A stretch of 64,000 bases of DNA from Parcubacteria group bacterium (GTDB lineage: Bacteria; Patescibacteriota; Minisyncoccia; Phycocordibacterales; UBA2135), in the NCBI GenBank assembly GCA_016204045.1, contig JACQLQ010000001.1, positions 21,515 through 85,514 of the forward strand. The letters run 5' to 3'. Positions 57,094 to 64,000 of the stretch are shown here, in pieces; position 1 is the stretch's first letter, and every line of letters begins with the position of its first letter. The position numbers and the translations under genes are program-made. The notes under the pieces are model-generated. The model ran no database searches. It was not told the origin of the DNA and saw only the letters and a list, made by a program, of their open reading frames with translations.

Positions 57094-59094
57094 TTATGCG
57101 AAGCCATGGGCCCTCAGGGTGTTGCTTCCTTCACGGCTTTGGGCCCAAGTAGATAATCTTTTATTGCCGATAGCCGAAAGGTAGGTTTTAACATTGGAGA
57201 GGCTTCTCCCGACGGGTCGTGGGCCAAATACCGGGTCGGTGTACATCATTGAAGAAAGCTGATCAAAAAACCCGGTTGGCACAGCTGCGTCGTTGTGTTC
57301 CAATATTGCCCTAACGTGTCCCCCATGAAATTGCCTAAACATTGCCGCAGTCACCGTCGGGTCCGTAAACCAGCTTCCATTCAATTTCTCTACGGTGGCA
57401 GGGGTAACCGTCCTAATGGTATCTGGGTGTGCCCGTTCTGCTGGGGTGGTAGAGTATTGCCACCTGAGGCCTTCAATCGGCTTTGTACTTATGTTCCTAC
57501 TTTTAAGTTCAGCAATGGCCTGCGTTACGTCATCGGCGTTAAAATCTCGAGCCGCGCTAAGATTCCCCTTTTGAGCAAGAAGGCGTACTGCGGCAGCGCG
57601 ACGCGTGCCAGAAAGCGTTGAGGCAGCAACGTTCTTAACCGCGTCATCAGACAAAGCCTTGAGTTCAGCCTCCATTTTTTGGATATCAGTTTCTGCCCGT
57701 GCGCCAACTCGGCCCAATGCCTTAGTTGTTGCTGTGCCCAGAACGGGGATTCTACGGAGTGTTCCGGCAATGCGTCCAGTGACCCCCTTATCTGCCTTTT
57801 GAAATCCTTCTGCCGCCCTAGCTGCCTCTGCGACGAACGCAGTTCCAATAGCAGCCAAGGGTCTTTTAAAGACAAACCCCGCTCCTCCAGAGGCAGCCCC
57901 TGTTGCAAATCCGATGGCTTTTCCGCTCCAATTTGTGGCAATCTTACCCGCCTCTCCGGAGAGTGACTGCGCGTAACTGACCGCCATTTTTATCAAAATA
58001 TAGAGTACTGCAAACTTAAACAGGACACCTAGAATAAGGAGGATGAGGTCATTTAACTCATCGCCCAAACTTCCGTTAGCGGGGGTGCTTGTGATGCCGA
58101 CACTGTCAAAGAAAGGGGTGTCGACGATGAAATGCACGATGAGATACAAGAAGAAGAGGAACAAAGCCACAACAACCGATTGTTTCCAAAGCGTGCTCCA
58201 CCATTCGTTTGACTTCCCACGCATCCCAGGCACAATCCACGCAGCAAATGCGGCAGGTGCGGCGATCATGAGGAGCCAAAGTACCGGCACACGAATGAGG
58301 AAGATTGCGCTTGCGGTAAAGAGTGCCCACGCGAACATGAAGACGATGACTGACGCAGAAATAAACACAAACGCCATTCCTATATGGCCGCTTGCCGAAT
58401 CTTTCCATTTTGCGAAGCTTTCGTCGGCAAAAAGGGTTTGCGGATCGAATCCTGCAACAAGAGCGTCACTAATATTTTTTACGGGCACACCCCCAATATA
58501 TTTTTGAGTTGCTCCGGTAATCTCGAAGCTGTTATAAAACGCAAAAGCAAGGGTGTTGCCCGCATCGATGACAACACGAGTGAAGAATAAGCTGAAGTTA
58601 ATGAGAAGGGCCACGACAATGAGATTTGCAAGCGCGGTGCGCATGTTTACTCCACCCATCTGAAGCATGGTCGCGAACGCGATATAGAGGAGGATGAAGA
58701 TAAATGTAAGATTTGCGAGGTCGCGAACAATTTTCCACCCCTCTCTTGCAAACTCGGAATCAATTACTTGGCTCGAAAGAGAAAAAGCGATGGCGTAGTT
58801 AAACACGTTCCCGACCAGATGAAGCACCAGCGTAGATAATTTAAAGATAAGGCTAGTTAACTGCACTAAGCAGCCACTAATTTTGGTAACGCCACAGTCT
58901 GGAAGTGGATTGTCTTCTCCGGGTCGCTGACCCTGAATTGTTATTGGGCCGCTATTCGTCCCCCCTGGTTCTACTCCTTGAGCTTCAACGGTACCAAAAG
59001 AGGCAAACATTGAGCTGAAAAGCACCCCCAAAAACACCAACGTCAAGATGGCTTGTTTCCCGTAGGTTATTTTTTTGTATAACGTTGGCGACAT
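57094..59094 (-). CDS. VirB6/TrbL-like polytopic membrane protein
   Basis: WKIVRDLAN, ALLINFSLF, many TMs, WW..L motif, Gly/Ala-rich tail. Confidence 0.7.
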   Translation of the reverse strand: MSPTLYKKITYGKQAILTLVFLGVLFSSMFASFGTVEAQGVEPGGTNSGPITIQGQRPGEDNPLPDCGVTKISGCLVQLTSLIFKLSTLVLHLVGNVFNYAIAFSLSSQVIDSEFAREGWKIVRDLANLTFIFILLYIAFATMLQMGGVNMRTALANLIVVALLINFSLFFTRVVIDAGNTLAFAFYNSFEITGATQKYIGGVPVKNISDALVAGFDPQTLFADESFAKWKDSASGHIGMAFVFISASVIVFMFAWALFTASAIFLIRVPVLWLLMIAAPAAFAAWIVPGMRGKSNEWWSTLWKQSVVVALFLFFLYLIVHFIVDTPFFDSVGITSTPANGSLGDELNDLILLILGVLFKFAVLYILIKMAVSYAQSLSGEAGKIATNWSGKAIGFATGAASGGAGFVFKRPLAAIGTAFVAEAARAAEGFQKADKGVTGRIAGTLRRIPVLGTATTKALGRVGARAETDIQKMEAELKALSDDAVKNVAASTLSGTRRAAAVRLLAQKGNLSAARDFNADDVTQAIAELKSRNISTKPIEGLRWQYSTTPAERAHPDTIRTVTPATVEKLNGSWFTDPTVTAAMFRQFHGGHVRAILEHNDAAVPTGFFDQLSSMMYTDPVFGPRPVGRSLSNVKTYLSAIGNKRLSTWAQSREGSNTLRAHGFA

Positions 59095-59111
59095 CGTGGT
59101 CGTAATTGTGT

Positions 59112-60665
59112 CTATTCTGTTTCGTCTGGTGGCGGGGTGGATGGAAAGACGTTGCAGGCCGCGATTTTTTCCTCCGTTTCGAGGTCAAGCGCAGTTGTCT
59201 GTTCTTCTGCTCCGCGTATCTCGTCTTCTGCTCTTACTACGTCAAGACTTGTGTGAAAGACACTTGCCGGAGAAGAGGTGCCCACTACTTCTGTTGCTTC
59301 ACGGAACGCCCTAATTGCCTCCTCAATCTCGGCGGGCGAATTCGCACTTTCCATATCAGCGAGGATAGAGGAGAGGCGTGACAGGTTCGCATCAGCTTTG
59401 GCGACGTCACCCGCGATACGAGTTTTTTCCGGTGTAATCCGTGTCGCTATAGTGGTTGTGGCGCTCAGGGCTCTCGATAGAGCTTCAGAACGATTTTCGG
59501 GAGTCAAAGCAACCTCCTCGCTTTTTCTTACATAACAAGCGTTTAATTGGCGAAGAAGATTTTCGGAGTCCTGAATGTGTCCAAGTGTCGTGCGCTTTGC
59601 TCTTCGGTAAGCGGTTTCCGTGTCACGGATAAATGTCACCGACTCAATGGCGACTATTTTGGCGCTTTCAGAGATGGCGCCGGATTCATTGCGTAGCCGG
59701 TTAGTGTACGAATTCCCACCGCCCGAAAGGGCGCGCAATCCACCAGCGAGCGCCTGTTCCGTGAGCTGTGTCATCAGGGCCGTTATAATCTCGTCAATTT
59801 CGTCTGCTATCTCGATTCGGCGTTTGTTGCTGTCGAGGGTATCATTCAGCTGGTGCTCGACGACCTTACCAGGAGTTGCGGTCTCGCAACGCTGTCGCGG
59901 CGCATCTACCTCCGGAGTGTCGGGGTTGTCCCACTGGACCGTCGTACACTCTTTCCATTCGAGAAAACCGTCTCCCCAACCAAGTCGCTCGAGCTCGCTC
60001 TGTCGGTTTATATCCAAACGTCGAGAGGCCTCATTGCTTGCGATAAGGTAACGTCCGTAGGCGTTGTTTTGTCCCCAAAGCACCATTCGTACAAAACGTT
60101 CGGTTCCGCCGTATCTGAAGTCGAACAAAAATTGCGCAAACGCCTCCTCAGCAATGTTCGGAGAGAGTAAATCCCCTCCCCGAATCGTCGCGCACGGGTC
60201 AGTGAGAGCAATGCTTCGTGCAAGGAGTATCTGTGAGCGAGAGTTTAGGCCTCTTGTGCTGCCAAGTTCATTAACAAAATCGTCGAAAGTGCCATAACAG
60301 GCGTTGGTGAGATGGCGATCAAGGTCTGTTATGAATGCGGGGTTTCCATCAAAGCCGGAGTTAATCCAGTCGATAATGTTTGCGGTCATTTGGCGGATAA
60401 TTGAGTTAATGAGCGCGAAAGCGATAGGGTCAAACACATACTCTTTAATCCACTCTGCATTGGCCCTAGCCACTTGCGTTACCGAGTTTGCCGCGGAGAG
60501 GGCGTTTTCCACCCAGTTGGTTGGGTCGTAGACAACGCTACCACTTGCCACCGCGTGCGCTTCTCTCGGCACCAAAAGGAATCCTGCCGAGGGCGCAAAA
60601 AGTGCCACAAGAAGGATAAGGGCGCACACCTTCTTAATTTGTAGAGGTAAAGCGTTCATATTCAT
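59112..60665 (-). CDS. secreted helical protein, possibly VirB5/TrbJ-like
   Basis: signal peptide then VVYDPTN; WINSGF.G.P.F; long helical C-terminus. Confidence 0.55.
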   Translation of the reverse strand: MNMNALPLQIKKVCALILLVALFAPSAGFLLVPREAHAVASGSVVYDPTNWVENALSAANSVTQVARANAEWIKEYVFDPIAFALINSIIRQMTANIIDWINSGFDGNPAFITDLDRHLTNACYGTFDDFVNELGSTRGLNSRSQILLARSIALTDPCATIRGGDLLSPNIAEEAFAQFLFDFRYGGTERFVRMVLWGQNNAYGRYLIASNEASRRLDINRQSELERLGWGDGFLEWKECTTVQWDNPDTPEVDAPRQRCETATPGKVVEHQLNDTLDSNKRRIEIADEIDEIITALMTQLTEQALAGGLRALSGGGNSYTNRLRNESGAISESAKIVAIESVTFIRDTETAYRRAKRTTLGHIQDSENLLRQLNACYVRKSEEVALTPENRSEALSRALSATTTIATRITPEKTRIAGDVAKADANLSRLSSILADMESANSPAEIEEAIRAFREATEVVGTSSPASVFHTSLDVVRAEDEIRGAEEQTTALDLETEEKIAACNVFPSTPPPDETE

Positions 60666-60670
60666 CTCTC

Positions 60671-61669
60671 TTACTGTTTCTGAACAAGCTCCAAGGCCGC
60701 GTCAATCGCATGTGTAACGAAATATCCCGGCTCGTTTCCCGAAAAGGTAATACCGTGTTTTGTGAAAAGAAGTTCTGACTCCGAGAATGCGTTGTAGAGC
60801 AACTCGGCGTTTTCTTGATATTGTCGTACCGAGATCAAAGTTGCCATGGGGTCTTCAAAAGTGCGAGTGAATGTTTGTATGGTGTAGCGCATGCGTGCAA
60901 AACCTGTAAGGAACTCTGCGTGAAGTGTGGCGACGCTTGCCGGCGGAGTGAGCTTCTCAAGGTCATAGACGACGGCACCATACGCTGCTGCGACGGGATA
61001 TAGTTTCTCTAGTTCGCTTTTGTCGCCCGTTGTAATGGCGTCGCGGAGGATGAGCGCCTCATGTTTTGTTTTAAATGCATGCTTTTGAAGAATAGCCCCC
61101 AAATTGTTGCCATACTGGCGTATGCCCGCCTCCCCTCCGTCAGGGACTGTTTTTATTTGGGCGCTCGAATATGTTGGAAGCTCGGAGAGTGATGATGAAA
61201 CAGATTGTTCCGCGAGCGAAAGGGCAAGCGCGTCAGGGTTGGGACCAGAAGAGCTCTTTTTTGAGGCAAGGTAATCAACAAAAAGAGATTGTGCCACCTC
61301 CTCGGTCAAGTTGTGTTCGCCCCCACTTTCTCCGGCAAGTTGAGACGCTGTTTCTTTGGTGGTCGGGTCACGTTCTGCGAACACCTCTTTTCTGTCAGAC
61401 ACCCCATCTCCATCGGTGTCCGAGTTGGTTGGATTGGTTCCAACAAGTCTCTCTTCCCAGTCAGCGAGTCCGTCTTCGTCGGTGTCCTTTGAAAAATCTG
61501 GGTTTTTTGCCGCAAGGGTTATATGTTCTGTTTCACCAACTGTCGTCTCAACGCTTGACTGGTAACGCAAAGCAAAGAACACCACGGCAATGAAAAGGGC
61601 CGTCGCTATGAAGAAAAAAGCGAACTTTTTCTGTGCAAAATATTTCACGCTCGGTAATGCGCTATGCAC
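60671..61669 (-). CDS. membrane-anchored protein with TSP3-like Ca-binding repeats
   Basis: TM, DTDEDGLADWEE, DTDGDGVSD. Confidence 0.75.
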   Translation of the reverse strand: MHSALPSVKYFAQKKFAFFFIATALFIAVVFFALRYQSSVETTVGETEHITLAAKNPDFSKDTDEDGLADWEERLVGTNPTNSDTDGDGVSDRKEVFAERDPTTKETASQLAGESGGEHNLTEEVAQSLFVDYLASKKSSSGPNPDALALSLAEQSVSSSLSELPTYSSAQIKTVPDGGEAGIRQYGNNLGAILQKHAFKTKHEALILRDAITTGDKSELEKLYPVAAAYGAVVYDLEKLTPPASVATLHAEFLTGFARMRYTIQTFTRTFEDPMATLISVRQYQENAELLYNAFSESELLFTKHGITFSGNEPGYFVTHAIDAALELVQKQ

Positions 61670-61674
61670 TTTAA

Positions 61675-61732
61675 ATTATAGCAAGACGACACCCCTTTTG
61701 ATATGGGCTTTTGAAAGGTCTTGTGTGGATAA
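61675..61732 (-). promoter_or_regulatory. extended -10 promoter of the T4SS-like operon with upstream DnaA box
   Basis: TGCTATAAT at 61683-61675; TTATCCACA at 61732-61724. Confidence 0.55.
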
Positions 61733-61755
61733 AGACCAAGAACTATAAGCGAGGA

Positions 61756-63387
61756 TTACAAAGCAGGAGCTGGGCGTTTTTTGAAATAGAAGAAGAGTTT
61801 CCCGCTAATCGATATTACTAGCGCCATGAAGAGGATTAGGTCCCCAAAGCGCGTATAGGGGGTGGCGCCAGTCGTCGGTGTGGTGGTTGCGAACAAAACA
61901 GCATTGCCAACACTAGCTGTTTCTGCAATAACAGCACCGTTTTCGTTAAGGACAAGGGAAATTGTGCCGTTTCCCGAGCGTATAAATGGGCGTCCGTGTT
62001 CAGCGGCACGTATACTACCCATATTTTTACTTTGTTTTTCCATGAGTTTTGAATTGTGGAACCATGAGTGTGAAGCAACATTTACAAAGACGCCAGGGCT
62101 TTTTTGTGCCATTTCACGATACAGTATGGGGCTCATGACGTCAGAGCAAAAGAGACCCCCGACCCTAACCCCAGCCACCTCGCCGGTTTCCATGGAGAAT
62201 CCCCGCGCATAGGAATGTCTTTCGGCCAGGCGATCAAACAAAGCACTTTTCCCAGCAGCTTTCTCTATGATTTGGTAAAAAAATGGTCGATACTCCCCTT
62301 GCGGAACCAACAATTGCTTGTCTTGTGTCGGCATGTCTCCCGTTTTCGTATTGAAATAGTACATGCGCAGGTGCATGGACGAGGAAGTGTCCCGAACAGA
62401 GCCGGAATCGATAATTAACCGCTCTTTTTCTCCTAGAATTGTATTGAAAAAATACCCAGCCCCTTCTTTGGGGAGAAGAGATTGTAAGAAAAGCGAGTCT
62501 TCCGGGAAAATGATGATATCCGGATTTTCCCCAGCTTTTCTTATTTGCGCAACCAATGACTCTAGGGCGAGAAAATTCCTTGTTTCCCCAATTTTCCCTT
62601 GAAAACCAGGGGGAAAATTGGTTTGCATGACAGCGACACGCAGGGAATGCTCATGATTTTGCTTTATACCCACGGAAAAGGGTGCAAAAAAAGTACTTAG
62701 AGCGACAAACGCCACCAAACCCCCTAAAAGTACGACTTTGCCCCTAAGGGCGCCGTGCCCCCGGAGGAGTATCCAAGAAACAGTGCTTGTCACCCCGACA
62801 ACTATGAACGAAAGAAGATAAACACCCCCAAGACTTGCAAATGAGCGAAGGAACGCATGTTCAGCAAGGGCATAGCCAAGTACGCCGACGCTCCAGTGCC
62901 CTCCGACAATCGTCCCCTCCCCATAGGCGAAAAGCGAAAACGCCCACGATCGAGCATATTCAAAAAGTATCCACAATGACGGGAAGAGCAGTATGTCAAA
63001 AGGTGTTTTTGTAAACAAGAAGCGTGCAGAAAGTCCCCAAAGAGCGGGAAAAATACCAAGAAAAAGAGAAATCGTACCCCAATACAGGAGAATGGCGATT
63101 CTTTGGAGTGCCGGGTCGGTAACGCCAAGCCAGTTCAAGGGAAGTGTGTGCCATAGCCACCACAAAACTCCCCCAAAGAAGATGGTTCCCCATAGCAAGC
63201 AAAGGAAGAATAATCGTTTGTTAAGAACACCCTCGTTGTAGATGCTCACGAGAAGAGGAGTGGGCGATAAGAAAATAAGCCACCAAAGAACGTCATATGA
63301 GAAAGCAAGAGCTCCGAGCAGGGCGCCAACAATGACGAGGCAATGGAGCATAAACGGTGAACCAAAAAACTTGAGAGATTGAATCAT
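61756..63387 (-). CDS. lnt: apolipoprotein N-acyltransferase
   Basis: multi-TM, FPED (Glu), DKQLLVPQGEY (Lys), GLFCSD (Cys), RAAEHGR, TPYTRFGD. Confidence 0.88.
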   Translation of the reverse strand: MIQSLKFFGSPFMLHCLVIVGALLGALAFSYDVLWWLIFLSPTPLLVSIYNEGVLNKRLFFLCLLWGTIFFGGVLWWLWHTLPLNWLGVTDPALQRIAILLYWGTISLFLGIFPALWGLSARFLFTKTPFDILLFPSLWILFEYARSWAFSLFAYGEGTIVGGHWSVGVLGYALAEHAFLRSFASLGGVYLLSFIVVGVTSTVSWILLRGHGALRGKVVLLGGLVAFVALSTFFAPFSVGIKQNHEHSLRVAVMQTNFPPGFQGKIGETRNFLALESLVAQIRKAGENPDIIIFPEDSLFLQSLLPKEGAGYFFNTILGEKERLIIDSGSVRDTSSSMHLRMYYFNTKTGDMPTQDKQLLVPQGEYRPFFYQIIEKAAGKSALFDRLAERHSYARGFSMETGEVAGVRVGGLFCSDVMSPILYREMAQKSPGVFVNVASHSWFHNSKLMEKQSKNMGSIRAAEHGRPFIRSGNGTISLVLNENGAVIAETASVGNAVLFATTTPTTGATPYTRFGDLILFMALVISISGKLFFYFKKRPAPAL

Positions 63388-64000
63388 AAATCTGAAATTG
63401 TCTGCGCGAGCCTTTTCCACTCGTCGACCGAAAGATTTTCTGCTCGAGCGTTTACATTGACGGACGCCTTTTCAAAAGCATTTTTGTCGATGCCAGTGTG
63501 TGCCAAGTTACCCAAGAGTTTTTTCCGTGGATGCGCGAAGCCGGCGCGGAGAACAGTAAAAAATCTGTCTTCAGAAGTGGTGTCAAATGCACCACGGGAA
63601 ATGTTCTCTATGCTTAGGATTGCCGAGTCTACCTTTGGTGTCGGATCGAAGGAGCCTGCTCGTATTGTTTTGACATAGCGTGGTTCACCGTAGACCTTTA
63701 CCGATATTGAGAGGAGAGACTCTCGCCCACCCCCGATAATACGCCGCGCTACCTCTTTTTGGATAATGAGCGCGATCGTTTCTGGTTGTGGGTCAATCGA
63801 GAGGAAGCGTCGCAAAAAGAAACCCGTGATGTAGTAAGGAATGGAACCGACGAGCTTGTAACTCCCAGCTCCCAAGTTGTAGTTTTTTGGATCAAAAAGA
63901 AGAATATCAGCGGAAACGACCGTTAGTTTTCCATTTCCCACTTCCTCTGAGAACGTTTGCGCCAGTTCCGCAGCAAGAGCCTCGTCTTTCTCAACGGCAA
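63384..64000 (-). CDS. rsmA: 16S rRNA m6,2A dimethyltransferase (5' part outside window)
   Basis: SIPYYIT, QKEVA.RI, F.P.PKVDSA, GF..RKKL, RAENLS. Confidence 0.93.
   Translation of the reverse strand, partial: AVEKDEALAAELAQTFSEEVGNGKLTVVSADILLFDPKNYNLGAGSYKLVGSIPYYITGFFLRRFLSIDPQPETIALIIQKEVARRIIGGGRESLLSISVKVYGEPRYVKTIRAGSFDPTPKVDSAILSIENISRGAFDTTSEDRFFTVLRAGFAHPRKKLLGNLAHTGIDKNAFEKASVNVNARAENLSVDEWKRLAQTISDL

Noticed and set aside
50219-61669. Integrative conjugative element or prophage
   Set aside because: No integrase, relaxase, coupling protein, att repeats or phage structural genes; flanked by housekeeping genes.
140-64000. Stop-codon reassignment (code 25)
   Set aside because: Conserved genes are full-length under code 11 and several end in TGA (ruvB, ruvC, murE).

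Overview
Chromosomal segment of a reduced-genome bacterium, most likely Patescibacteria/CPR (Parcubacteria-like). This is inferred from gene content, shortened PolA/YebC/Jag proteins, scattered type IV pilus genes and a CPR-type PrgI/VirB4 cluster. The window spans the replication origin (dnaN-dnaA <oriC> rpmH-rnpA-yidD-yidC-jag). It carries DNA repair genes (rnhA, recJ, ruvA/B/C, ruvX, polA, holA), translation genes (rplS, rpsT, rpmH, tyrS, rluD, trmH, tsaE, rsmA), envelope genes (uppS, murE, PBP1A, lnt), type IV pilus genes (pilMNO-like, pilB-like, a pilin), metal transporters and 7 tRNAs. A 10-gene T4SS-like operon without relaxase or coupling protein lies next to oriC. The most interesting signals are: (1) a tRNA-Ser-linked ~140 nt element that rebuilds the same acceptor stem plus G-CCA around three perfect hairpins; (2) a tRNA-Leu whose CCA directly abuts the ATG of the next gene, in a genome where many genes look leaderless; (3) tandem repeats of the tRNA-Val 5' end; (4) MITE-like inverted-repeat elements, one holding a GIY-YIG-like remnant; (5) an unannotated 42-aa, 50% acidic peptide gene; (6) a candidate ~190 nt structured ncRNA. 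No CRISPR array, rRNA or intact transposase was seen. All calls come from reading motifs; no database searches were run.
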